DNA of 63,022 bases from an uncultured Candidatus Bathyarchaeia archaeon (GCA_964568845.1 CAZMSC010000007.1:1-63022); one strand, 5' to 3'. Shown: positions 47,251 to 56,170, numbered from the stretch's first letter. The notes: generated by a model not told the origin, from the sequence alone. Made by a program: numbers and translations.

Positions 47251-49668
47251 ATGGATTCTGGAGGATTTAAACCGAAGATTAGAGAGAAGAGGTGGACGCC
47301 TGAAAATGAAGCTAAACTTATAGAACTCTGGGAGAAAGAAGAACAGTACAAGTTTAATCCAAACTCCGGCAAAACAATAGTCGTCATAGATACACCTCCT
47401 CCCTACGCGTCAGGAAAGTGGCATGTAGGAGGGGCCGCACACTACGCGCAGATAGATATGGTTGCTAGAAGCCTTAGAATGCGAGGCTATGAAGTACTAT
47501 TCCCCTTCGGAGTGGATAGGAATGGGCTTCCAGTTGAGGTTCAGGTTGAGAAGAAGTACGCTGTGAAGGCGTATGAAATCGATAGAGTGAAGTTTGAAGA
47601 ACTCTGTCGACAGTTCTTAGACGAGGTTGAAGTTGAACTTCTGAACATAGCTAGACGTTTAGGTTTAAGTTGCGACTTTAAAAACTACTATCAAACGGAC
47701 AGTTCGGATTACAGGAGGATTACTCAAGCTACTTTCATAGAGCTCTGGCATAGAGGGTTGATTTATGAAGCCGAGTATCCCGTAAACTGGTGTCCATCAT
47801 GTAGAACATCGATAGCAGATGCTGAAGTTGAGTACGAGGAGAAAGACACCCCGTTTGTATACATGAGGTTTAAAGTTAAAGAGTCCGGTGAAACCATACT
47901 TGTTGCTTCTACAAGGCCGGAGCTTCTATGCACTTGTTCAGCCGTAATGTTCAACCCGAAAGATGATAGATACAAGCACTTGGAAGGGAAAACAGCAGTA
48001 GTTCCAATATATGGGAGGGAGGTTCCCATAATACCGCATCCCTATGCTAAACCGGAGTTCGGCTCAGGGCTTGTAATGGTTTGCTCCTACGGTGATAAGG
48101 CAGACATCCAGTTATTCAGAGAACTTAATTTAAAGCCAGTTATAGCGATAAACCTTGATGGGAGAATGAATGAGAATGCTGGAGATTATATTGGCCTCAC
48201 GGTTAAAGAGGCCAGAAACAGAATAATCGAAGATCTACGTAGTAGGAATATGCTTGAAAAGGTAGAAAAACTACGTCATAAAACACCCATCTGCTGGAGG
48301 TCTAAGGATCCGATCGAATTCGTACTTGTAAGAGAATACTATCTGAAGCAGTTAGACTTCCTAGATGAGATAAGGAAGGTCGTAGATAAAATGAAGTTTT
48401 ACCCTGAAAGAGGTAGACAGTTGCTTTTAGAATGGGTGAATAGTATTTCAATGGACTGGCCTATTTCAAGGAGAAGGTTTTACGCAACTGAAATACCCAT
48501 ATGGTACTGTAAGAACTGTGGCAGGCCGAGCCTCCCAGAACCCGGAAGATACTATAAGCCTTGGAATGAAAGACCCCCGTTCAGCAAATGTCACTATTGT
48601 GGCGGTTCGGAATTCGAAGGAGAGTGGCGGACGTTTGACACATGGATCGACTCAAGTATAAGTCCACTATACATATCGATGTACGGTAGAGACCATAAAA
48701 TGTTTGAAAAGGTTTTCCAACTCGTCCTTAGACCTCAAGGATATGAAATAATCAGGACATGGCTCTACTATACTATTCTAAGAGTTTACCAGCTCTTAGG
48801 GAAGCCTGCTTTCGCATGGGTTAGAATATCTGGAATGGGTTTAGATGAGAAGGGTGAGGCTATGCATAAATCTAAGGGGAACGTTGTTGACCCTGAACCC
48901 GTGGTCAAACGTTATGGTGCTGACGCCTTCCGATTCTGGGCTTCTTCAGAGGTCAAACTCGGATCTGATTACAGGTATTCAGATGAGAAGATTAAATCTG
49001 CATGGCTTTTCGTGACTAAGCTTTGGAACGTGGCGAGATTTATATCATGTTTCCCCCAAGTCGATAAACCGGATAAACTGGAACCGCTTGACCAGTGGAT
49101 TCTCGCTGAGGTTAATAGACTTATTGAAGTATGCCTGAAAGACTTTGAAAACCTCGACTTCTTTGAAGCCAGTAACGGCATTAGGTTCTTCCTATGGCAT
49201 GTTTTAGCGGATCACTATTTAGAGGCCGTTAAACCTAGAGCTTACAATAAAAATGGGGCTTTCAAACCGGAAGCTCAGCGTTCAGCATGGTATACACTTC
49301 ACGAGGTTCTCAAAACTATATTGAGACTTCTAGCACCTATATGCCCCTTTATAACAGACGAGTTGTGGAGAGAACTCTACGGTGGAAGCATCCACTTAGA
49401 GGAGATGCCCGTTAAAAAATCTGTTGACGAGAGGCTCACAAGGCTTACGGAGACGTTGATCGAATTCAACAGCAGTATTTGGAAGCTTAAAAAAAGGCTT
49501 AAAATACCCTTAAGCGGTTCATTGAAGGGTACCGTTTATACGTCGAAAGAACTTGAACCCTTCTCTGAAGACTTAAGGTTGATGCATGGTTTGGAAAGAC
49601 TGAGGTTCACTCCCCCTCCGGCTGAAGCAGAGCAGGTAGGCGGTTCTACTTACTATTCTCCAGTTTAA
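47251..49668 (+). CDS. valS: Valyl-tRNA synthetase
   Basis: TPPPYASGKWHVGG..Y...D...R..RMRGYEVLFPFGVDRNGLPVE is the archaeal ValS pattern. The CP1 editing domain and AMHKSKGNVV (KMSKS) are present. LeuRS is less likely given the 805-aa length. Confidence 0.85.
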   Translation: MDSGGFKPKIREKRWTPENEAKLIELWEKEEQYKFNPNSGKTIVVIDTPPPYASGKWHVGGAAHYAQIDMVARSLRMRGYEVLFPFGVDRNGLPVEVQVEKKYAVKAYEIDRVKFEELCRQFLDEVEVELLNIARRLGLSCDFKNYYQTDSSDYRRITQATFIELWHRGLIYEAEYPVNWCPSCRTSIADAEVEYEEKDTPFVYMRFKVKESGETILVASTRPELLCTCSAVMFNPKDDRYKHLEGKTAVVPIYGREVPIIPHPYAKPEFGSGLVMVCSYGDKADIQLFRELNLKPVIAINLDGRMNENAGDYIGLTVKEARNRIIEDLRSRNMLEKVEKLRHKTPICWRSKDPIEFVLVREYYLKQLDFLDEIRKVVDKMKFYPERGRQLLLEWVNSISMDWPISRRRFYATEIPIWYCKNCGRPSLPEPGRYYKPWNERPPFSKCHYCGGSEFEGEWRTFDTWIDSSISPLYISMYGRDHKMFEKVFQLVLRPQGYEIIRTWLYYTILRVYQLLGKPAFAWVRISGMGLDEKGEAMHKSKGNVVDPEPVVKRYGADAFRFWASSEVKLGSDYRYSDEKIKSAWLFVTKLWNVARFISCFPQVDKPDKLEPLDQWILAEVNRLIEVCLKDFENLDFFEASNGIRFFLWHVLADHYLEAVKPRAYNKNGAFKPEAQRSAWYTLHEVLKTILRLLAPICPFITDELWRELYGGSIHLEEMPVKKSVDERLTRLTETLIEFNSSIWKLKKRLKIPLSGSLKGTVYTSKELEPFSEDLRLMHGLERLRFTPPPAEAEQVGGSTYYSPV

Positions 49669-50401
49669 CATGTGCTTTTCCGCTTGTAAGCTTCAAAATT
49701 CCGACCCTACTTAAGGTTTTAATGAGCGGTAGTGCCACTATTAATCCTATGACCATTTGGCCGATGTTTACAGGGACTTCTGCTAATGCATAATAGCCCA
49801 ATACTAGGCTTTCGTAAAGATAGTAGCCCAAAACCATCTCTACTCCTCCAATCAGGATGGAGATCGCGTACATGGTTAAATTATGCTCTACTTTAAAGGA
49901 GAATGTAGCCATAGCTAGAAAAACTAGGCAGGCTAAAATCGTCCAGATAACTGTTGAAAGCTCACCTCTGACTATGATGAGTGAGCCCAAGTATGCCTCT
50001 GTAACACCACTATATACAGTTGAGCCGACAATTCCGAGAGTTAGACTGATGAGGGCTGGTAGTGTCATGTTCATAGTTTTTAAACTCCAACCTTTTAGTT
50101 TAAGCTTCTGAACTAGAAGGCCGACTATGAATCCTTCCACTCCCTTAATCACAAGGGTTCCCGGAGCATAGATATGGTAGCCAAGTATTATATCGGCTAA
50201 CATGGATCCAACGCCGCCAGCCACGGCCCCTATGAAAGGTCCGAGTAGTATGGCTGTTGTGTAAACCATTACTTCTCCTAGATTGAAATATCCCTTCGTA
50301 GCTGGCACGTATACCGAGAAGCTTATGGTGGCTACTGTTGTTAAAGCCGTAAATATGGCAGTTAGACTTACCTTTAAAGACTTTTTAGAGGATAACGTCA
50401 T
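49646..50401 (-). CDS. ECF-transporter S-component-like membrane protein
   Basis: LTAIFTALTTVATI...GYFNLGEVMVYTTAILLGPFIGAVAGGVGSMLADIILGY is present. Its 3' end overlaps the valS 3' end convergently by 23 nt. Confidence 0.5.
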   Translation of the reverse strand: MTLSSKKSLKVSLTAIFTALTTVATISFSVYVPATKGYFNLGEVMVYTTAILLGPFIGAVAGGVGSMLADIILGYHIYAPGTLVIKGVEGFIVGLLVQKLKLKGWSLKTMNMTLPALISLTLGIVGSTVYSGVTEAYLGSLIIVRGELSTVIWTILACLVFLAMATFSFKVEHNLTMYAISILIGGVEMVLGYYLYESLVLGYYALAEVPVNIGQMVIGLIVALPLIKTLSRVGILKLTSGKAHVKLENSK

Positions 50402-50494
50402 TATCCTAGGATATGATATCTACTCAGTATTTAAGTTTTAACTTGAATACTGGAAAACCATATAGTGTTGTAAAAGGCTTATTCTATACCAGGT

Positions 50495-51211
50495 ATGGTT
50501 AAACTCGGCTTAACCGCGGATATACACGCACCAAAATACCTTCCACTCCTCAGAGCATCTATTCAACGTTTGAAAAATATAGACCTCATGTTGCTAGCTG
50601 GAGATTTGGTCTACAGGAATACGTATGATCAGCTTCCTGAGCTTGTAAAGGTCATTAGAGAGTTTTCCCAAGCATCTATAATTGCCTGTTTCGGTAATGA
50701 GGAGTGGGAAGGCTATGAAGATAAGTATAAAGAAGTTGGAGAGATTACCTGGCTTAACGATGAAAGCTTAACTGTAGACATTGAAGGATTGAGGGTTCGT
50801 TTAATAGGTTCGAGAGGCGTACTAGACCGTCCAACCTTCTGGCAGAGGACACATATTAGAGATATACGTCGACGTTATGATGCAAGGCTTTCAAAAATCA
50901 ATAGGATGCTTAGGGAGGTTAAGGGAGATTACGTCGTCGTTATAACCCATTATGCTCCAACCTATACAACACTTGAAGGTGAAGTTGAAAATGCCTGGCC
51001 TGAGATGGGCTGTAAGAGATTGGAGAGTATTATAAGGGAAACCAACCCGCTTCTATGGATTCACGGTCATGCCCACAAATCCACTAAGCCTGAAACTTGG
51101 GTTGGTTTTACGTACGTCTTAAACGTTTCACTTCCAGCTAGAGGCGAAATAGTAGTTTTAGATCTTGAGGAGGTTAAAAGCGAAAGACTTAAGAGAGCTT
51201 GGGGTTCTTAA
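50495..51211 (+). CDS. Calcineurin-like metallophosphoesterase
   Basis: The motifs DIH, GDLV, GNEE, THYAP and GHAH occur in canonical order. Confidence 0.65.
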   Translation: MVKLGLTADIHAPKYLPLLRASIQRLKNIDLMLLAGDLVYRNTYDQLPELVKVIREFSQASIIACFGNEEWEGYEDKYKEVGEITWLNDESLTVDIEGLRVRLIGSRGVLDRPTFWQRTHIRDIRRRYDARLSKINRMLREVKGDYVVVITHYAPTYTTLEGEVENAWPEMGCKRLESIIRETNPLLWIHGHAHKSTKPETWVGFTYVLNVSLPARGEIVVLDLEEVKSERLKRAWGS

Positions 51212-51225
51212 GTTGAGGGGTAGCT

Positions 51226-52329
51226 ATGTCGGATAAGGTAACAATATCCCTCATAAAAGCAGACGTAGGCTCCCTAGCTGGACACCACATAGTCTACCGA
51301 GAGCAGATAGAACTTGCTAGGAAGAAATTGCAGGAAGCTAAGGAGAAAGGGCTTCTAATCGACTACTACGTATTTAACGCTGGCGACGACCTCGAGCTTT
51401 TGATGACGCATAGGGAAGGGGAGAGTAGCCCTAAGATACACGGTTTAGCTTGGGATACTTTTAAAGAAGTTACTGAGAAGGTTTCTAGACCTCTTAAGCT
51501 TTATGCAGCTGGTCAAGACCTCCTCGTAGAAGCGTTTTCAGGAAACGTTAAAGGCATGGGTCCTGGAGTAGCGGAAATGGAGATAGAGGAGCGTAGAAGT
51601 GAGCCTATAGTTGTTTTTGCCGCTGATAAGACTGAGCCTGGCGCTTGGAACCTAATACTATACAAGATTTTCGCGGATCCTTGGAATACCGCAGGTCTCA
51701 TACTAGACCCTGTCATGCACGACGGCTTCACGTTCAGAGTTATGGACGTTCAGAAGGGTGAGTGCATAGACCTATCTACTCCAAGTGAAATCTACAGTCT
51801 ACTGGCCCTCATAGGTACAACAGGTAGATACGTTATCGAGAGGATCTGGAGGAATTCAGATAAATTGATAGCCGCGGTCGCCAGCGTTACAAGGCTCTCT
51901 CTAATAGCTGGTAGGTATGTAGGTAAAGACGACCCAGTTTGCATCGTGAGATGTCAACATGGACTCCCGGCAGTCGGCGAAGCTCTAGCACCATTCTTCA
52001 CACCCCACTTCGTAGCTGGTTGGATGAGGGGGTCGCATTATGGCCCTCTAATGCCCGTAGGCTTAAAAGACAGCAGATGCTCATTCTTCGATGGACCGCC
52101 TAGAGTAGTAGCTTTAGGCTTTCAGCTTTCAGCCGGAAAGCTTGTAGGGCCAGCTGATCTGTTTGAAGACGCAGCCTTCGACCACGCCAGAAGAACAGCT
52201 CTACAGATGGCTGAATTGATCAGGAGAAACGGACCAATAGCTCCAGCAATACTTGGAATGGAAGAACTAGAGTATACTGGTATCGTTGAGACTTTAAAGA
52301 AGCTTCAAAGCAGATTCTTTAAAGTATAA
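51226..52329 (+). CDS. fbp: Fructose-1,6-bisphosphate aldolase/phosphatase (class V FBPase)
   Basis: ISLIKADVGSLAGHH is present, and the protein is collinear with the archaeal bifunctional FBPA/P over its full length. Confidence 0.9.
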   Translation: MSDKVTISLIKADVGSLAGHHIVYREQIELARKKLQEAKEKGLLIDYYVFNAGDDLELLMTHREGESSPKIHGLAWDTFKEVTEKVSRPLKLYAAGQDLLVEAFSGNVKGMGPGVAEMEIEERRSEPIVVFAADKTEPGAWNLILYKIFADPWNTAGLILDPVMHDGFTFRVMDVQKGECIDLSTPSEIYSLLALIGTTGRYVIERIWRNSDKLIAAVASVTRLSLIAGRYVGKDDPVCIVRCQHGLPAVGEALAPFFTPHFVAGWMRGSHYGPLMPVGLKDSRCSFFDGPPRVVALGFQLSAGKLVGPADLFEDAAFDHARRTALQMAELIRRNGPIAPAILGMEELEYTGIVETLKKLQSRFFKV

Positions 52330-52345
52330 ACTCCCTTCTCTCCCA

Positions 52346-52352
52346 TTTTTTT
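52346..52352 (+). terminator. Oligo-T tract after fbp
   Basis: The sequence tcccattttttt lies 17 nt after the fbp stop. Confidence 0.4.
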
Positions 52353-52454
52353 AATTTTAAAAGATTTAAATGTATTAAATATCATTAGCTCTCAGTATTT
52401 TTAGTCTTATATAGTTTATTAGATTAATCTATTTAAAAAAATAGTCAGTTAACC

Positions 52455-52463
52455 TTAAAAATA
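52455..52463 (+). promoter_or_regulatory. TATA-like box positioned for the RNA candidate
   Basis: The sequence ttaaaaata is centred about 27-29 nt upstream of the first paired base (52488) of the structured element. Confidence 0.35.
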
Positions 52464-52487
52464 GAGTCTTGACAAAAATTAACCTCG

Positions 52488-52757
52488 GTCAAAAGGTAGC
52501 GTCGTCTAAAGTCGAAAGGTCCCGCTCAACGGAGATTGTTACGTCCCTTTAACCCGCCCTTCGGGGTGGTTTAAAGGTACGTAATAAATCCCAGCGAGCG
52601 AGGCTAAGTAGATAGGTCGTGCGGGGTGTTTCCAAGTCGAAAGGCTTGGAAACGGGCTAACCGCAAGGTTAGCTTAAACCTGCAGAAATGACGTCCATAA
52701 CCACCCCTCGGGTTGGTTATGGAAGGTGGGAGGATCGGCCTCTCTCCGCTACCTGAC
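52488..52757 (+). ncRNA. Structured ncRNA candidate of unassigned family
   Basis: The terminal helix pairs GUCA-(AAA)-GGUAGCG at 52488-52501 with CGCUACC-UGAC at 52747-52757. It encloses four hairpins. Hairpin A is 52531-52592 with a UUCG loop, about 25 bp with bulges. Hairpin B is 52628-52653, 11 bp with a GAAA loop. Hairpin C is 52656-52673, 7 bp with a GCAA loop. Hairpin D is 52694-52723, about 13 bp. G.U pairs (G52556.U52567 and U52637.G52644) work only on the + strand. No ORF is present. An oligo-T (tttt, 52766-52769) follows. The element is G+C-rich relative to the A/T-rich flanks. Confidence 0.6.
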
Positions 52758-52769
52758 AAGCGACATTTT

Positions 52770-53036
52770 CTAAACTCTATATATCAGAATGCTCCGTTGC
52801 CCTTTATCTGTTAAAAACCATTTAACGGGTCTACCTTTACGTTTAATGACAACCCCCTCTTTCTCCAGGTTCTTAATCTGTTTGAATAACGTCTGATAGC
52901 TTATACCCGTGGTTTTCGAGACCTCTTCTATGCTTGTGCATCCGCTTTTAAGGGCTTTTATTATTAAGGTTCTGGTTTTAAGTCCTCTATTCACATTCCG
53001 TATTACCGTTAAATGGGATTGCGGTTCATACTCCAT
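52770..53036 (-). CDS. Small winged-helix-turn-helix transcriptional regulator
   Basis: The 88-aa protein has ..IIKALKSGCTSIEEVSKTTGISYQTLFKQIKNLEKEGVVIKRKG..W.LT.KG, an ArsR/MarR-like wHTH layout. Confidence 0.55.
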   Translation of the reverse strand: MEYEPQSHLTVIRNVNRGLKTRTLIIKALKSGCTSIEEVSKTTGISYQTLFKQIKNLEKEGVVIKRKGRPVKWFLTDKGQRSILIYRV

Positions 53037-53379
53037 TTTAAATAACTTCTATGCTTTGGAAATTTAAATGTCTATTTTTTGTGACTCTATGAAGGTCTTA
53101 ACCCAGGCTTCTTCACAACCATGATACTCTTTTAAAACCCTTCCTCAGAAGGGAAGTCTAAAAGTTTAACTTTATCGACGGGGATCCTCCCCCTGCGAAA
53201 CTGGTGGTAGTTCACTGAAGCCCCTCACAATTGCCGTTTAAACTATAGCTTTTTATCCTCCCGCATATTGAGTCTTTCACCTATCAAACACAACCGTCTG
53301 CGGCGAACTTGTTAAACCTTTTTAAACTTCTATCTTTAGAATTCTTTTGAAGAAGACTTCCAGAGGTTTGGATTAGCCT

Positions 53380-54402
53380 ATGTCTGAAAGACTCATCGAT
53401 GGGGATATCGTTAAGACAGAGGACGGATTCATCTTCTACGTTTTCGGCTATGAACACCCTGAGGATCGCTATATAACGTATTTAAAGTATGTGCCTGAGC
53501 GTTTTAAAAGCCTCTTTAAAATCGAGTTTCTACCGTGGGTTTGGAGGCTTGAGGAAGAAATATACGTAAGACCAGTTAACCTGTACAGTCCTGAGAATAT
53601 TCAGGAGATTGTAAGGGTTTTCAATGAGCGCTTCCCAAAATACGTATATGAATGTCCATACAATTCTAAAGTTTTAATATCTGTCCCTAGAGACATGGTG
53701 AGGTATACCTTTAAACCAGGGGAAGCGTTCTCCAGGCTTATGAGTAAAACCAACCGCCTTCCAGTGGAGAATGTAGCCGTTGAATGGATTAAGCTGATTT
53801 CTTCTGAGGCTGATGTTGATTTAAAAAGCTTCGGTATACACGGCTCTCTATGTCTAGGTATGACATCTGAAAAACCCGATGTAGACGTTGTCATATATGG
53901 TGGGTTAAACTTCAGAAAGGTGAGAAATACCGTGAGTAAATTAGTCTCTAAGGGCATTATAAAGTACATGTACGAGAACGAGTTCGATAAGTTTAGGAAG
54001 AATAAACTCTCCTACAAGGGTTTTAAAGTAGTCTTCAACGCCGTCAGGAAGCCTGATGAAATAAGAGATTTTTACGGTGCCTACAGGAGAATGCCTATAA
54101 AGACCGTGAAGTTTAGATGTATGGTTGAATCCGCTGAAGAGTCTTTCTTCAGACCAGCGATATATAGTATTTCAGAGTACAGGGCTGTCAACGAAGAGTC
54201 TAGGCTTCCCCCTGAGATGAGGCCTAGAGAAGTCGTTGTTATGGATAGCACATATAGAGGCTTAGCATATGAGGGTGATCTGCTTGAAGTTCAGGGGCTG
54301 TTAGAACGTGAAGTATCCACTTCAAGCAACGTTGAGAAATATAGAGTTGTAGTAGGCTCCGGTAGACCGGGTGAATACGTTCAAGTTAGGAAGCTGTACT
54401 AG
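53380..54402 (+). CDS. Pol-beta-fold nucleotidyltransferase with an OB-like C-terminal domain (paralog 1)
   Basis: The NTase signature is [24 protein letters not shown] (hG[GS]x10DxD). The N-terminal module is [33 protein letters not shown]. The C-terminal beta-rich segment (..FRCMVES....FRPAIYSI........[25 protein letters not shown]) looks OB-like. Confidence 0.6.
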   Translation: MSERLIDGDIVKTEDGFIFYVFGYEHPEDRYITYLKYVPERFKSLFKIEFLPWVWRLEEEIYVRPVNLYSPENIQEIVRVFNERFPKYVYECPYNSKVLISVPRDMVRYTFKPGEAFSRLMSKTNRLPVENVAVEWIKLISSEADVDLKSFGIHGSLCLGMTSEKPDVDVVIYGGLNFRKVRNTVSKLVSKGIIKYMYENEFDKFRKNKLSYKGFKVVFNAVRKPDEIRDFYGAYRRMPIKTVKFRCMVESAEESFFRPAIYSISEYRAVNEESRLPPEMRPREVVVMDSTYRGLAYEGDLLEVQGLLEREVSTSSNVEKYRVVVGSGRPGEYVQVRKLY

Positions 54403-54403
54403 A

Positions 54404-55471
54404 ATGAGATTGAGAGATAGAGACTACATAGTAGGTTTAAACGGTCTGATATTTAGAGTCTTGGGGTATTCTCATCCATCAGATGGATACGTGTGCGACC
54501 TTGAATACGTCCCCTCAAGCCTATACCGTTCTAATAACGCTAGAGCTCCAAGAGGATATGGCACTATATCCCATTACAAGCTTTACGGTGACGAGCCGTT
54601 TAAACTCATAAACGGTTGTTTTCCAGAATACAGGGTCTACTACAGGCCTTTAAATACATATCTACCGGGTGTTCCAGCAAACCTCATAGGCGAGGTTAAA
54701 CTTCCAAGAGGCGGTTTGACGAGGCTCATCAGCTCTTTAAGGGATGGGCTTTCAATAGCTCTAGAGAATCTCATCGGTATGGTTTTAGAGTCTTCGAAGT
54801 TGAGTCTAGGAGATTTCGGGGTCTTCGGCTCTCTACTCTTAAACTTCTATCATCCAGACTTCTCAGACTTCGACCTTATCGTTTACGGGTCTGAGAATTT
54901 GAGGGAGCTTAGAGATTGTTTAAGTGCACTCTACGATGGGCGTTTCCTTAGAAATGAGTTTGAATTCCCGTCTGAAGACTCACGTCTTAAATGGAAGTTT
55001 AAAAACTACCCTTACAGACTATTTATTCTTCATCAGAAGAGGAAGCTGATATATGCCATTTATAAGCCATCCGGCTTCAGACCGGTTAAAGTAGAGTTTG
55101 AACCTGTTAAGGGTTATGGAGAAATAGTGGATGAATACGGCTCTATAAAAAGCATCGTTAGGTTAGGGTGGTTTAAGGCTTTTGCAACAATACTCGACGA
55201 TTCTGAGGCGGCGTTTATGCCATCCATATACAAAGTTGAGGTTGAGAGTGTTGTAGAAGGATTCAAAGTAGATGATGTAAGACGTATAGTATCCTATGTG
55301 GAAGAATATAGGCTTCAAGCCTTCAAAGATGAACGGGTATACGTTGAAGGATGGCTTGAGAAAGTTGAAACCTCAACCGGGGCCTTCCATCAGATAGCCT
55401 TAACGTATGGTCCAAGATACTATGAGCAGACGTTATACTCCCTAGACCTGCTTTCATCTCCCTATTCCTGA
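54404..55471 (+). CDS. Pol-beta-fold nucleotidyltransferase with an OB-like C-terminal domain (paralog 2)
   Basis: It has the same architecture as paralog 1: RDRDYIVGLNGLIFRVLGYSHPSDGYVCDLEYVP, then FGVFGSLLLNFYHPDFSDFDLIVYG. I place the start at the ATG at 54404, 1 nt after the upstream TAG. The track ORF begins at 54371. Confidence 0.6.
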   Translation: MRLRDRDYIVGLNGLIFRVLGYSHPSDGYVCDLEYVPSSLYRSNNARAPRGYGTISHYKLYGDEPFKLINGCFPEYRVYYRPLNTYLPGVPANLIGEVKLPRGGLTRLISSLRDGLSIALENLIGMVLESSKLSLGDFGVFGSLLLNFYHPDFSDFDLIVYGSENLRELRDCLSALYDGRFLRNEFEFPSEDSRLKWKFKNYPYRLFILHQKRKLIYAIYKPSGFRPVKVEFEPVKGYGEIVDEYGSIKSIVRLGWFKAFATILDDSEAAFMPSIYKVEVESVVEGFKVDDVRRIVSYVEEYRLQAFKDERVYVEGWLEKVETSTGAFHQIALTYGPRYYEQTLYSLDLLSSPYS

Positions 55472-55570
55472 AACCAAATCTAGATGAAGCGCTTAGAATT
55501 TAGAATTAACCGGTTTACATAATAGAAAAGGTTTTCAGGCCGATCATGGTAGTTCATTATGAGTTGAGTC

Positions 55571-56134
55571 ATGGTGTTATACTTCGCTACCAGGAATGAG
55601 GGGAAGTTTAAAGAAGCTAAACTTGTCTTTGAAAGTCTAGACTTAGAGTTGACTATGTTGAATGCCGATAAGGTTGAAATACAGTCTGACAGCTTGGAAG
55701 ACATAGCATCCTATGCTGCTAGAGAATTAGCTGAACGTTTGGGTTTAGAGGTGATAGTGGAAGATGCTGGTTTATTCATAAGAAGTCTTAACGGTTTTCC
55801 AGGTCCCTATTCGGCTTACACGTATAAAACGATAGGTTTAAGCGGGATCCTCAAGCTTATGGAAAGTTTAAGCGATAGATATGCGTACTTCCTATCAGTC
55901 GTAGCGTATGCGAAGCCTGGAAAGCCTGTTAGGGTCTTTCATGGCCGAGTGGAAGGGCTGATAACTTATACGCCTAGAGGCCTTGGAGGGTTTGGCTTTG
56001 ATCCGATATTCCAACCGTTGGAGGGGGATGGAAGGACATTTGCCGAAATGACGAGTGAAGAGAAGAACGTGCTCTCTCATAGGGCTAGGGCCTTCAGAAA
56101 ACTGGCACTATGGATTAGAGAGAACCGGGTTTGA
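55571..56134 (+). CDS. rdgB: Non-canonical purine NTP pyrophosphatase (RdgB/HAM1/ITPase)
   Basis: FATRNEGKFKEA, EDAGLFI..LNGFPGPYSAY, FGFDPIF and SHRARAF are present. Confidence 0.85.
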   Translation: MVLYFATRNEGKFKEAKLVFESLDLELTMLNADKVEIQSDSLEDIASYAARELAERLGLEVIVEDAGLFIRSLNGFPGPYSAYTYKTIGLSGILKLMESLSDRYAYFLSVVAYAKPGKPVRVFHGRVEGLITYTPRGLGGFGFDPIFQPLEGDGRTFAEMTSEEKNVLSHRARAFRKLALWIRENRV

Positions 56135-56170
56135 ATCCTGTATCATAGGTGTGATTTTACAGTGGGAGGG

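Noticed and set aside
49646-49668. I considered whether the 23-nt convergent overlap of the valS and ECF-S 3' ends is a notable antisense arrangement.
   Set aside because: Short convergent overlaps are common in compact archaeal genomes, and there is no additional signal.
52330-52660. I considered a replication origin, given the very A/T-rich ~150-bp stretch next to dyads such as gtttccaag..cttggaaac that vaguely recall ORB elements.
   Set aside because: There is no orc1/cdc6 gene nearby. The dyads do not match the TCCAnnnGGAAA...GGGG ORB layout. The G.U-containing, tetraloop-capped stems are better explained as RNA structure.
52488-52757. I considered calling the structured RNA an RNase P RNA, either type A or a reduced type T.
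   Set aside because: Only a P4-like pairing with a bulged U and a closing P1 can be drawn. The conserved GAGGAAAGUCC and ACAGAAnnCGGCUUA blocks are not present as such. No P2/P3 precedes the putative P4 strand and there is no S-domain. I left the family unassigned. A covariance-model search is needed to decide.
53207-53224. I considered gtagttcactgaagcccc in the wHTH/NTase spacer as resembling IS605 right-end or omega-RNA-type sequence.
   Set aside because: It is an isolated short similarity. There are no adjacent TnpB-like coding fragments in any frame that I could read.
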